A stretch of 64,000 bases of DNA from Chrysomallon squamiferum (lineage: Eukaryota; Animalia; Mollusca). The stretch covers positions 5,828,001-5,892,000 of the forward strand of contig CM022672.1 of assembly GCA_012295275.1 (NCBI GenBank), given 5' to 3'. The notes beneath the pieces were generated by a model. That model had not been told where the DNA came from, did not search any database, and worked only from the letters and a program-made list of their open reading frames with translations. Positions within the stretch are counted from its first letter, which is position 1. The number at the start of each line of letters is the position of its first letter. The position numbers were made by a program, and so were the translations under genes. Positions 47,158 through 62,756 of the stretch are shown in pieces.

Positions 47158-50100
47158 AACAGATATACAAACATGTGGTTGGTTATACACTTAACAATAC
47201 AAAACAAAATTGAATTCTTGACTAATCATATAGAAAAAACACTCAACTGAGGAAACTTTTTCTTATCAGGAAATAAGTATTTATATTTCATAAGAAAACA
47301 TCCAGATCACTGATGACAACCTTTTGAAACATGCACACCCTGTCAGTAATTAATTGTCAGTCATAATGGTCCAGATGCACTTCAACACTGGTCACATCCA
47401 AATGATTCATAAAAAACAACCTATCTGATATTAATTATAACCAATCAAAATGTACAGCATTATTTTCATTAACTGCCAGGTTTCTTGCAGTCTACACATC
47501 CTAAAAAAGTACCCTGTCTTGCTGTTCTTAAGTTTCAGCACTGCTTATTTTCTGACCTTGGCATTCAGTTTTTATTTCCAGAAATATTTTTGTATGGCAG
47601 CCTCATGTATGATACTTTTATTTTAATTATTATTCACACATGTATAACAACAATCTGAATTTTCAAAAAGACAAATTCCATGTCGTTTTTAAATTAAATC
47701 AGTGCTTTTTTCTTTGACCAGATTAGAAGATGATCTAGTTTTGACCGATTGTTAGAATTACTACAAAATTTTTTTTTTTTTTGTAAAAATATTTTTCAGA
47801 TATGCACATGCATTATAATAGTCAAAGACTGGATTTCAAAGATGAAGTTTTAGAGCGAATGAATTTGTTTTTAACGGTTCCATCATACAGTGTTGCTGTT
47901 GCTGAGTCAAATCGAGTCTACACAGTCTGTCACGCTACAAAGAAGATTTGTTCATTTCTTCTACCAGACCAAAAACCAAAAAGGGTATAAATAAAAAAAA
48001 TAAAAAAAAGAATAAAAAATATATGTAAATATTTAGAGAATTACATCTTTCCCTCATTTTATTTCATCTTTGTTTTTTGATAGTTTTTTTTAAAAATTTC
48101 TTTCTTTCTTTACGTTTTTCTTTATTTTGTTTTTCTTCAGTTTTCTTTTTCAATGGAATGTATTGTTTTATAGTTATTTTTAAACAATACGGTTTCCATT
48201 GTTATTATTATCTTTCTTTCTTTCTTTTTTCTTACTGCCAGTAAATTATTCTTTTACATGAAAATATCATTAATAAATTTCACTAGAAATGATATTTTAA
48301 AACTCTACTTTAACTGAATGTAATTCTTTTTATTTCAGTTTTACTGATTCAGTGACACACATTTAACTTTCAATCACCATCCATATCTAAATTTATACAT
48401 TACAAAAATGCATGTCATTGTTATTCAGTGCAGATGTCATTAAAAAAAGAAAGAAAGAAAGAACAAAAAAAGAAATATAAGAAACGTTGTGACTGAAATT
48501 TTTTTTTTTTTATTTTTTTATTAATTTCTTATTTAATTTCTTATTTTTATATTATGATTCAAAAAGATTAAATTTAATTTGGTTATCCATGTATCACAAG
48601 CAACTCACTTTGGTTTCCAGTCCACCAGTACTGAAGCGTATCTCGGTGCTGAAAAAGAATTTCTTGCCCACCAGCTACCAGGAGGAGGTTTGGTCCTTTC
48701 CCCACACAAGAAGTGGCTGGCTTCATTTGGAGCTGATGGAGCTGTGATGCTGCGAGCTACTGGAAGCATGGTACATAATTCACATACAGTCATCTGATTA
48801 AGTACTGATGGCATATTATGTGTTTTAAATACTGATTTTTAGATAATGATCTAGCACAGAATATATTTCAAATAATGATCATTTTTTTTCTACTGATTGC
48901 ATGTTATATCTTTCAAACAGTGATTGCTTATTATGCATTTCAAATAATGATTTAACTATTTACTGATCCTATCATACGAGTTTATAATTATCTGATGGCA
49001 GGATAATATATACTTCAAATAATTATCTGATTTTCAACTAATGTTATTGTGTATATTTCAGCAAATTTCAGAGAGTAATATGTAATTATTCTGGGGCAGT
49101 ATGATTCAAATTGTTACATGGTTTTTTGCTGATTGAGTTATTCAGATAGTGACACCGATAACATTTGTGCCTGATACCTGACATTTTTATTTGTACAGGA
49201 TCGTTATTTGCGAATCACACCTCATGAATTCTGTCATGGAGGTGTGAGATTTGCATGCTTCTCAGAGAACTGTCAGTGCATCTTCACTTCTGGATATGAT
49301 GGTGTTCTCACCTGTTACAAGTGGAAGTAGGTATTCCCAGTCATTAATGAACCTGAGATACTCACAACTGTCTAGTATTCTTCTACCAACACCATCATTG
49401 TTTCATTATTGTATTTAATAATACCCAATACTTTTCTGTTATTCTTGCATGTTCCTGAGCAACATATTTTCATGTATATATTTTATTTTTATTAATTAAT
49501 TTCATCACTCACATCATTCATTCTTTTTCCATTTATTTTTATTTTTCATTTCCTTTTTAATATATTAATTTCTTCATTCATTCATTCATATCTTTTTTGA
49601 TTGTATTTTTGTTTTATTCATTCGATTATTCATTCATCCATCCAACCATCCATGCTTTTGTTATTCCTGCCTTTATAATGCTATTTAAAATATTCAGATT
49701 CAACAACATTGGTCTGACAAAGTCAAAATCGGCAGAAGATGCAGCACAAAGTCACAAAATGAGACTGCTAGGACCACAGAAGGATGAAGACCAGAATCTG
49801 AAGAATATGGAAGAATGGACATCTGATAAAATATCTCAGACTGCTTCAGAATTTGAAGAGCAGGAGAAGGTTTATTTTTAAAACATTTTTGACTGCATTC
49901 ACACTAAAAAGAATTTAAAATGTTAATAAATTAGATTAGTTAAATGTCTTATGAGAACTGGTAGATTGATTGGCTGACTGAACCACTTCATGTAAAACAT
50001 TTTGAATATACCAGCTGTTAAGAGCTCAGGTTTTTGTGATATTTATTTGGAAGAGAAAGTTAAATATTATTGTTTTGTGATGGTAGTGTCTCGTAATATT

Positions 50101-50583
50101 TTGTAATACTTCAGCTTTTTAATTTAATTTTTTCAAAACATGTTTAATGTTTTTTATATTGGTATGATAGTATTTTGACTCCCAGATTTGTTCAAAATGT
50201 AGAAACCAGTTTTCTTTTGTGCAACTACATTTAATGCTATGGTTGTCACACCCACTCTCCTTACATAGTTCAAGTGATATAAATACAAATGGCATGATCA
50301 TTTTCTGACATTTTGCTGATTAGGAGAAAATTAGGGAAAAGAAGAAGATGGCCATTGAGAATGATGATATTTACCAGACACCCACTCCTACTCCAGGGCC
50401 AGACGCCACTTGGCTGGAAGAAAGAGAAATGAAGGTATTGAGTTGTTGATAGATAGTTCATTTCTAAGAAAGTATAAATCTGCTTTAAGTAATTACCAAG
50501 GATAATAATTATCCAAACTGTCTTTAAAGAAAACATGAAGCTTTTATATCTGTTAGAAAGACATCATCTGTCTCTTATTATAA

Positions 50584-50636
<53 letters not shown>

Positions 50637-50643
50637 TATAGAT

Positions 50644-50674
<31 letters not shown>

Positions 50675-51421
50675 AAATAGCAACCAAAAAAATACAACAA
50701 TACTAATAACAATTTGTTTTGGCTAAAACTTTTCCTTTAATCATACATGTTTGGTTTTGAATTGTTAAACTGTGTTTTATTACTATTAATATACTTGATG
50801 AGACTTACTGTATTTATTGATTTCAGGCTACCATAGAAGAAAGTATACAGTACAGAATCCTGAAAAAAGACATTCGCATCCAGCTGAGAGATATTAGAAA
50901 ACAAGTGAGAACAATTTCTGTTTTTATTCTCATGAGATCTGTCTTGTAAAATCTGTAAACAATCAAATATATCTACACACTGATTCTAAAATTACTGACT
51001 GTACTAAGTATTGCTATCACACTGAACTCCATTCTGAGGAGAAATTGTCCCTACCAGCATAATTATTATCGTAATTACCTCATTAACGATTTCTAAAGAG
51101 CATTTATTTGCCTTTCCAGTGATAAAAAGAAGAAGTTAAAACAGTTTAGTGAATCAAGTTATAGACAATTTTATGTACTTACTGCACACAGACCTGATCT
51201 GAGTAAATGAACTGCAGGCAGTTAGTATTGTGTATGACTGAAATACTGGAGTTTTATTTCTGAAATTATGTTCTTTATCTTAGGACTGAGAAGTTCAGCT
51301 CTCTAAATTCTGAGTTATAATCTGTGTAACTTGTTCTTGCAAGTAAAGTCACATTCAGATAGAAGTAGTTTTCATATCACAGTTAAAACTCATTTGTTGA
51401 TACCAGATCAAATAACAACAA

Positions 51422-51466
<45 letters not shown>

Positions 51467-53498
51467 TACAACAACAACAACAACAACAACAATCGTCATC
51501 ATCATCACCATGATCATCTCATACTGATAAAATTAATAGTGATGATTGTGATGATACTTGGGGTAATGATGATGTTTCTATTTTTTCTTTTAATCAAATA
51601 TAAATTACTAACTGAATGTTACAGTAGTTATGATTACAGTGACTATTCTGATGATGATTTATTTATTTTTACAGATTAACACTTATCACTGTTTGTATTG
51701 TTTTAGATTCAGAAAATGATTAACAGTAATGAAGGACTGCCAAATATAGAGAAACTTGAACGTCACGAGTTTGATCTGGACATTGATGAACAGCTTAAAC
51801 TTCAGGCAGAGGGAGAGAATGAAGTGCAGAGAGTAAGTTTTTACTTAACACTAGGAACTAACTGACATTTTAAAAATCTTAATGTTTTCAAGGAAATATT
51901 CTTTGTTTCATATACAGAGTAAGTTTTTACTTAACACTAGGAACAGACATTTCAAAAATCTTATAGTTTTCAAGGAAATATTCTGTCTTTTGTACATCAT
52001 AAGATGCTACATTTTAATTAATTTTCTGTTTTTCCCCAAACCATAAATTAATTCATGCAAAGATATGGGTTTTTTTCACTTGTCTTAGCTCACTAGTAAT
52101 TGTTATTTTAAAATATCTCAATGTTTTCAAGGAAAATATCATTGATGTTTTAAAATATCTTGATGTTTTTAAGAAAATCCTGAAAGTAAGTTTTTTTTTT
52201 ACTTAAGTACATTATTTACAATTTAAAAAATGTATTGTTTTCATCAAACAGTTCATTTAGTCATTCACAGAGTAAGCTTTTTGATTTACAGTAAGACACT
52301 ATAATAGACATTTTAAATATTCTGTTACCACTGAATCATTCATTCATTTATTAATTTATATTTTCTTTCTATTTATTGTTTATTTATTTTGGACTGTATA
52401 ATTATTCTCATATATGCTTAGAGCAAAAAATAGAACAAAACCATACAAACAACCCCCCAAAAAAAAAAAACAATAGAAAAAATGAAACAAAAAAATAAAT
52501 AAAACAACAACCAAAAAATAACAAATAACAATTAAAAAAACGACCTTACATTATATACAAGGGCTAAGAAACAAATCTGAAAAAGCATGCAGCTATAATC
52601 TTCCAAACTGGTAACATTAATCAAAAATGGTAATAAGTGTCTTTAATTATTTGCTTTAATTAATTTGTTCATTTATAACTACAGGTGAGGGAAGAAATTG
52701 AGTTTGAGAACCTGGCAAAGATTTACCTGCGAGAAATGATAAAAAAAGAATGCTGGGATCAGATGGTTGTCAAAGGCCGTTCACTGTTGGTCAGTATTTT
52801 CATCCAATTTTGAAATCAACAATATTTTCTGAATGCATGCATGAAATTTTACAATGTCTTACTGAATTAAAAAGTTTTTCATTTTGATGAGAATTTTTAT
52901 TAAAAAATGCATGAAATATTTCTGCATTATGATTATTTTTTTGATATTTTTTTTGTGGTAATGGTCATTTTGGAAGACAATCACAGATATAAAAACTTTA
53001 AAGACAGATCTACTGGGCTATTTGTGATAATTTTATCTTCTTCTTTGTTACATTTTTTAAAATAAAAAGAAATCATTAGTAGATTTAAATAATAAATAAA
53101 CTGATCAGTAATTTGAAAAAAACACCAAAAAAATCAACTAAAAACAACAAAAATGAATAAATAGAATTAATAATCAGATTTTAAAAGTAAAGAATATAAA
53201 TTTATTTTATTGTGTAATTATTTTGTTGTTGTTACTGTTCTTAGTTATTAATCAATTTATTTATTTTCCCAGTCATTCAACACTTACCTAGAAGTGTCAA
53301 ATTTTCCAATGCGAGAAATACCAGAAGCAATTATAGAACAGCTAAAAATTGCTGTGAAGCGCAGGAAAATAGAGATGGCAGAGATGGCTGTAAGTATGGT
53401 TACTGTTCTGAGATTAATTTATATATACAATGGTGACACTTTAATTGCATATAGATATACTGTTTTGTATTTTTATTGATGGCTACTATTATTATTAA

Positions 53499-53543
<45 letters not shown>

Positions 53544-54248
53544 TTAACACTATTATTATTACTATTATAATAATAATAATAATATTGTTATTAATTTTAT
53601 TACCACTTCTGCTATTATTACTACAACTACTACTACTACTACTATTACTACAGCTATTACTATTTTTCTTTTTTTGTAGGTGAGGAAGGAAGAAATAGAA
53701 ATCAGTTTGAAGGCTTTACCCTCTGTAAGAATAATAATAATTTTTGTTGTGTTATGTTTTTAATTGCTTATGGAGCAAAACATCTGTGTTATGTATTGTT
53801 TATCTGTTTGTGTTCACCCTTTTGTTTATTTACACTGCAAAATGTTTTTCTATGCTGTCTGTTTACCCTGTGTGTATGTTATTTTTCTGTATGTGTATCT
53901 GTTCACATTCTCAATAATGCACACACAAAACCTTTTTGTATATGATATCTATGAGCTTTGTTGTCAATCATTTATATAATGACAGAAATAACCTTGAGTA
54001 ATATGCTGAAGTAATAAGTAAAATTTATTAACATAAAATGTTTTTGTTATATTAATTTGGTGATGGACTGTATACTGGTCTTTTATTCAGAATAAATTAT
54101 TCCACAAGAAAGTGAAAAGAATAAGTATTTATCATAATAATAATAATAATAATATAAAAAACACATTTCTATCATCAATAATCTAATATTAAAATTTGCT
54201 AAAAGTATATATTTTTATTAATATTATTATAATTATTATCATCATCAT

Positions 54249-54293
<45 letters not shown>

Positions 54294-54633
54294 TTTAAAA
54301 AAAAATAATAAACTGACTAAATATATTTTCAACTAATATTAATTTTGTATTTTAGTTTCAGTTATTAAATTTATTTCACATAAAAATAAAATTAAAACTA
54401 TATTCTCTTTCATAGAAACAGTATTTAGACGAAATGATAAATCATAAAAATATAACTGAAAAATAATTTCTTAACAGACTTATGCTCCTTTTAGATTCTC
54501 AATTTCAAAAATAAACAATTGTTTCCATGCTTACAATTATTTACATGTTTCCATAATTTCAGTCATTATTTTCTATTATTTTTCTTTTGTTGTTTTTATT
54601 TTATATTAATTATTATTATTATTATTATTATTA

Positions 54634-54685
<52 letters not shown>

Positions 54686-57600
54686 TTTAATTTTTTCATT
54701 GTGTATTATTTTTAATTTTAAATTTTACAAAATTATCCACTCAGCACGATTTCCTTACTCTGAATATTAATACATAATAATTACATTGATTTACATTTTA
54801 CTGATTTAAAATATTTTTTCAAACAACCCTGTTTAAGATATTTGTTTCCATTCTTCAAGTTTTTTAGCAGCAAGTCTGTTATTGTGCACGAATTAGTAAG
54901 TTTTTGTAGATGACATCTGGACTTAGTTATTTTTGTTTTAAAGTTTTAATTTTCTTTCCTGTAGATTTCTTCCGTGTCCTGTTTCCTTTCAGATTACTTT
55001 TTTTTAATTCTCAGTTCTTTTTTCAGATTTCATTTGTCTTTCATTTCATTTCTTTTTTTTCAGACTGATTTGTTTCTTTCTTTTATTGTTCAAAATTTTC
55101 AAAGATTTATATTGTCTTTCCCTGTATTTTACACTATATCTTTGTTGAAGTAGGATAATATTTTTAGCTAAATATTAAATCATTAGTACCTAAATAACTA
55201 AAATAAATTGAAAATACAGATGTACCTAGATACATACATGCAAACATATATACAAGCACGTGTACATGTAAATGTAAAAATAGGTGCACATGATCCCAAA
55301 AATAAACACATACATAAATATAATTATAACATTCAGGTTCCTTCAGAAAGCTACATTATAATGGGTTATTTATATCTCTATCTATCTGTCTATCTATTGA
55401 TAAACAAACAAAGACTGGGAAATAAAAACAGCATGCACATAGAGACAGAGATAATTAGGATTATGATAACATACATGAAAGCCACATAGACAATGTAGTT
55501 TAATAACATTCTGTGGTATTTAGTGTGTAGGAAACCTAACAGTGGATGTAGTAATGTGTGTGTAAGTGTATATAGAATTTAACCAAGCTCAGGTAGGTTG
55601 GTGGTAAGACTTCACTTACTTGTTTCATTTTTAAATTTTTGAGTGCAATAATATTAACGAAGAATGCTCAAGAAGCTGTTTCCATGTAAATTTAAGAAAT
55701 AATAATAATAAAAATATGAAATAAAAATAAAAAGTAAGTGTGAATAACATAGAATTAACATCATTATGACAGATGTCAGTACCGTCATTCTGTTGCTTTT
55801 CAGTGTTTTTTAATTTGCTCATTTGTAATAAAATAATTTATATGCAGAAACAGCTTTTAAGTTTTTTCAAAAATAATATTCTTTTAAACAGTTACAAAAT
55901 ACTTTTGTTGTACATATACAAGCATTACATACACACACTCTCAAATTCAATTTATTCAAGCATGGCACTGCATGAATAGCATGTAATTATTAATTTTTGG
56001 TTTTGTTTTATTCTATTATAAAAATGATGTTTTTTTTTGTCTGTTTCTTTTTATTTGATTTGAAATGAAATAGATTACTTGTTAAAGATTTTAAAACAGC
56101 AACTGGTTAAAGCACTAAGCAACACATACGCACACAATTAAGCTGAATCTAAAATCTACATTTGCTAGATTTGTTAGTATAATGTCAAGACACTTTGACT
56201 GTTTTCAGTTTTAAAAAGTAATACCACCATTTTGAATTATCAGTAGTAATTTTTTATGTCTTGTATTTTCTGAAGAACCTAATATCTGATTTCAACCTAA
56301 GTCCAAGCACTTTTCTCAACACAGTGTGCACCATGGAGGCAATTCACATATACGTTTACAACAAACAATGTAATTATAAATTATACTGTAAAGCAATATT
56401 TAACACAGAGTTTCAATGGTGAGAAAATCTGAGAATTATGTTGTTGATGATGTTGATGTTTTGTGTTTTGTACAGGATGAGGACCATGAGGATGAGGATG
56501 ACGATCACACTGAAAAACCATCTACCACTGGAAGTCTAGGTAAAAAACAAATTTTATATTTTAATTCACTAGTTCACAGTTTAAATTCATTTTCTTCTGT
56601 ATAAAGTTTTATTCAGTTAAATAGAGTTTTGGGCTTTTTATATTGGATATTTTTCTAGGTCGTTTCATTTTTTCATTTTTATTTTTATTTATTTAATTAT
56701 TTATTTATTTTGTTTTTAGTTTTTTTAATTTAATTTTGATCATTCTTATTTTTATATGCTTAAAGTAAATTCACATAATGATAGATGTATTTTTGTTTGA
56801 TGTTCAGTGATGATTTCCCTTTGTTAACTCAATTCATTTTAATGCACTGTTTTTATTTGTTCATTTAATGTTAATAGATAGATTTAGTTCTCATAATTTA
56901 ATAGTTTTATTTCATTTAATTTTAACATGTAATTTTAGTTGAATTTATTTAAAACATAGTTTCATTTTTTTCTCTTAATTTTAGTTAATTACAATTTTAT
57001 CTACTTTAATTTTTCACACTTACATTTTCAGTTGTAGTTCACCTAGTTTTATTTGCATTGCAACTTACTTAGTAAAAATAAAAAATGAACAAGCTTTTGT
57101 AATAATTACTTTGTTCAACTACTGTTGGTCTGACATATTGTTTATTCAGTTCAAACTGTGTGTTTCTGTTGTTTTATTTAGGTGCTCAGTATGGTGGAGG
57201 CAGTGAACTGTTTTACAACCAGTTTGAACTTCACACACGTGAACAGAAAATAACACAGATCATCTTGCTACAGGTAAACACATATTTTTACATCTTCTCC
57301 CTGTTCACCTGTAACCAGTACTAATTGTAGGTATAGATATATTTTTATATCTGTTTATCTGTCACCAATTCTTAATAACAGGTATGTATGTTTCTCTCTG
57401 TAAAGTTGTTACTAGTACTTACTGGATGTACGTGCATGCATTTATCTCTCTTTACCTGTCACAAGTACTTACTACAAGTACAGAGTTGATTCAGTTCACT
57501 AGTTACCAGTACTTATTACAGGTATGTACATAAGTTTTTTCTTTAGTCAGCAGATACCAGCACTTATTACATATATCAGGTACTTATAAGTTTCTTATTA

Positions 57601-60219
57601 AGTATATTAAAAGAAAGGAGAACAAAAGGCATACAAAAAAAGGAATTTTTCATTCTTTTTCATTTGTTTTTTTTCTTTCTCAGGATGCCATTCATCGCAT
57701 TAAAACTGCCTTTAACGCAGAGTTTAATGAGGTCTTCCAGAAAAAAGAACAAGAGATTGCAAAGATCAAAGACAAAAACAAACGAATCAAGAAGATCATG
57801 GATGATCTTGACTTGGCGGAACCAATGAATGTTCCAGAACTGTGTCCTGCTGAGAAACCTGAGATGTTACTTACAGTGGATGACACTGAGGTGAGTTTTA
57901 AAAAATAGTCTAGCATTTATACCTACCTATATACATATATACCTACATATATATATATATATATCTGCAAAGGTACATGCTAACATCAAATCACGTTACC
58001 AGAAAAATTCATACACAGTTGATTAACTTCTCATTGTAAAATACAGATAATAATAAGTTGTTCAGTTGAGATGACCAAGTGTATGTATTACATTCAACCA
58101 AGGATTTTTATTAATAGCAATCCATTTCCCTTCTCCAAAATTCTTAAATATAAACCCACAGGCTTTAACTAATATTGTTGAGCATTTATTCTTTTGTAAA
58201 GCCAAAGATCATAATATCACTGGAGTTTCATTAAACATTTGTTCATTCATGAAGTATCATACGTTCCTGATTGGAGTTTGCCTTATTGTGCGTGTGACAT
58301 ATTTCAGGTCAAAGTTGAGAAGTTCATGACTCCAGAACAGAGGAAGAAGTTCGAGGAAAAACAGAAACAGGATGAGGAGAGGAGGATGAGGGAGAGAGTG
58401 GACAATGCCAGAGAGCGAGCTCTACTGATGATGATGGGTGGAGTGCTTGAAGTGAAAAAAGAAGATGAACTGAAAAAGGTAAGTTATTATTTGTCTTTAT
58501 AAATCAGTATATCTCTTTATCATGTCTCTATGTGTGTAATGTTAAAATTTCAACCAGTTTCTCATATTGTAGTATGTCTTTTTGTTTGTTTTCTATTTGA
58601 CTGTATAACTTATTATTGGTTTGCTTTAGAAAAATGACACATAAGAGAAAGAAAAAACAAACAAATACACATACACACACACAGACACACAGACACACAC
58701 ACAAAGACACACACACAGACACACAGACACAGACACAAAATGACAGAGACAGACAGCTTGATAGAATGTGTGTACATTTATTTATGCTCTTCCAGAATGG
58801 ATAGATTATGTTCACAACCATTAAATAATAAAATATAATTTTGTTCCAGGATATTCCAAAGCCTCAATTTATGTTGGCTAAAAATGAAAATGAATGGTCT
58901 GAGGAGGAACAGAAAATTGCTAAGGAGTACGAGAAGAAGGTCAAAGATCTACTGGAGGAAAGAGAGAAATACAGAAAGGTACAAACCACCAAATTCATAG
59001 CATCATTTTAGCTACTAAAATACATTTGATGCTATGAATAGATTGGCGATTAACATTTTGTATACTTTTAGATTTATATTTTATTTGTTTATCTTAGCAG
59101 TCTTTGCTAATTTAACAGTTAGTGTACATGCAGAGTCTAACATTTTCAATGACAGATATGGTGAAATAATTATTTGCTTTTAAATTATTTTAGTTTAGCG
59201 ATAAGTATTTTTATTATTTTTTATTATTAATATTATCATCATTTTATTATTAATATCATTACCATTGTTGCTATTGTTGTTGTTATTACTATTATTATTA
59301 TTATTATTACTATTATTATTGATATTATTTAGCAATTGGAGACTGAACTGCGAAAACTACAGGGGATGATTTCAGATGGCATGTCTAATTTTGATGAAAC
59401 ATTGAATCAACTGTTTCTGAAAAAAATTAAAATCTTGATGGTCATCTACCAGGTAAGACTTTGATTATTATTTAATTATTAAGTACTAATTTATTGTCAG
59501 CAAGAATATCTTTTAATACTGGTAAAGTGTTGAATTTACATCACAATTAATACTGATATAACCATTATTATTTTTTCTTCTAAATCCTTATTCAAACCAT
59601 ATTTTTAAAAAATTATTATTTCTTCTTTTATAAAACTGATAATAAATGAATAGAATTTTAAGACTTTTAAGTTTTATAAAATATGTTATTTACTGATATA
59701 ATTATATATTTATGTAAATAAATAAATAAATACAGATAAAAACTTTTAAAAATAATGAAGTAATAATGGTAAAAGAGTAGAAAAAAAAAGAAGAAAAATA
59801 ATTTAAAAAGTAATAAACATAAAAATAAATGAATATAATTAAGAAAAAAAAAAAGGAAAGTTAAATGAAGTGTTAAACACTAACAGCAAAAATATCAAAA
59901 TTAGTTAAAATGAAGTGAAACATATTCTAATTCATACAGTACACAGCTTACTAAAAAGGGCATAGAGGAAGAAAATACTAAATAAAAAAATCCTTCAGAA
60001 AACTGGTAAAATGAACACAACCATAAATGATTAACTATCTGAGTTTTCACTGTAAGGAGCCCAATTTTGAAATAAGAAAAATAAATATTTAATTACTTTT
60101 TAACAGGAACAGTTGAAGATTAATCGTCTGCGATATTCACTGTTAATAGAAGAGGAACTTGAAGTGAGGCAACAGGAGCTGAATCGACTTCTCTCTCACA
60201 AACGATTGTTGAAGGTTTG

Positions 60220-60268
<49 letters not shown>

Positions 60269-61090
60269 ACACACATGCCTCTTACTATTTTAAATGTTAT
60301 TTTAGTCAAGTTCACAAAAACAGCAGTAAAGAGAATATGCATATGTTTACATGTGTAAAATAATAACAAATGACATTAAAAATGTTTTAAAAACTAATAG
60401 AAGATGAACTTTCTTGTGTTTAGATGATCTCTTCAGGAGGATAAGCGTGTAATATTCCTTTTTATATAAAACTTGCAAGCAGTTTTACGTATAATTATAG
60501 ACTAAAACTTCTCTGAACCAAACCAAGTGATAAAAAATTGTTTACAGAGGTTTTGCAATTGGGTTTGTAATAAATCATGGAACAATTAAAAAATGTTCCT
60601 GTTTGTGGGAGGAAATTCATGTTTAGTGAGGGTTCAGTTTTGAATAGTTTTTCTCTAGATGCACAAGTTTTGGATGTTTGAACATCTTCAGCACTTGTCT
60701 CTCTCTGTATGGAGTTTAACAAACAAGTACACTGCCTGATAAAAAAAATATATATATACATTAAAAAAGATGGTGTTAAACAAATCTGTTTCATCTTCCA
60801 CAGCACCTGGCTTATGAGGCTTCTGTGGAAGCAAAGAAGAATGTTGATCAGTTCAGAGATGAGTACGACATCCTGACTGCTGAAGACAAAGTGCTGGATA
60901 AGTCGTTCAAACGCGAGTTCCCCGATGTCTCAGCCACCATGTTCGACCAGCTTTCCAGATTGTTTAGAAAGAGACCCAGGTATGTATACACACACAAACA
61001 TACAGTAGCATGCAGCTCAAATATATGTATACCAACACACACACACAGAGACAAATATACAGTAGCATGCAGCTCAAATGTATGTATACC

Positions 61091-61124
<34 letters not shown>

Positions 61125-62722
61125 TATACAGTAGCACACACTAGAAACAATCAGTGGATATTTCATTATCATCCTGCATGTCATCATCTATCTCACTATA
61201 AATCATCAGTCATCATACAGTGTACAATCATTTATAACATCATGTACTATCATGCTATATATATATATATATCAAACTCCATATCATTATCTATCATGCA
61301 GTGTAACATTAAGAATCATGTATTGTGTTATGTATAATAATCTATTACTTGTTTATCATCAGTTATTATACCGTATCATCTATCATACTACATAATCATC
61401 ATATTTCAGACACAGTGTCATTATCTTGTCACACAATATCATCAACTATCACACTATGTCATTACATATCATTTGTCCAACGCATTACATCTCATCATTT
61501 GTACACTATACATCATCATCTTTTACACAGTGTTTCATAGTTTATCATATTATGTATAATTGGCTATGACACATCATATCATCACTCTGTGTTTCAGTCA
61601 TTCACTGCATCATCTATCACATTATACATCACTGCCTATCACATTATACATCACAGTTTATCACATTATACATCACTGTCTATCACATTATACATCACAG
61701 TATCACATTATACATCACTGTCTATCACACTCTGTCATCATCTGTCAGACTGTGTACAGTCATCTGTAACACTACTGTGTTTTTACAGAGGTCAGAAGTA
61801 CAAGAGTATGGATTCACATGACAGAGGGGTGGGAGACCCGTTTGCTGACCGCCCATCCACAGCCAAACAACAGGCCCATGCAAACAGGATTCTGGAAGCA
61901 GCCCTTGATGACATGGACAAAGATTCCAATATGCCAGAAGGTCTTGATCCAAACATCTGGATCAGATTTTGTAAATACAGGCGAGACAAAATCTACAGTG
62001 AGCAGCTGGTGAGAACAGATCATATTTTGTTGTTAATTTTATCAAACTTCTAGCCTACATAACTTTTAATGTATCTACCTGTCTACTTACCTGTCTGCCT
62101 ACCTAAACCATCCACCTAGTTACCTTCCTAATAACTATTTCTGTACCTATTTTATTTACTTAACTATCTACCCAACTATATTCCTATATAACTAATTAAC
62201 TACCATCCTGTCTTCTTATGTATTTACCTATCTACCTCTCTACCAACCTACCTACTGTACAAACTGCTAGTATGTTGAAATGTTTATTATTATTTATTAA
62301 TTGTTTATCATTGTAGGTAAAGACAAAAGCTCTGGTTCTGGCTGACATGAATGCATTTTTACAAAGACGACAAGAAGAAGATGAAAACCTGAAGAATGAG
62401 ATTGACAATGTAATAGATGACATTAAAAAGTAATGTATTAATTAATTTACTTTATTTTTATAACAAACAAATTTCAATTTTGTAATATAAAGTTTGCTAA
62501 CTGAAGTCAGTAAATATTGAAAAGATTTGTTAAATATGTTTTTATGTAGAAAAATAATTTTGTACTAACTACATTGCCTGAACTTTTGCTGTTGTTATTG
62601 TTAGTATATCATTATTACCATCATCATCATCATTATAAAAACAAATGATTATTATTATTTATCATCATCAATATCATGACAATATATTTTTCTTCTTCTT
62701 CTGCTTATTATTATCATAATTC

Positions 62723-62756
<34 letters not shown>

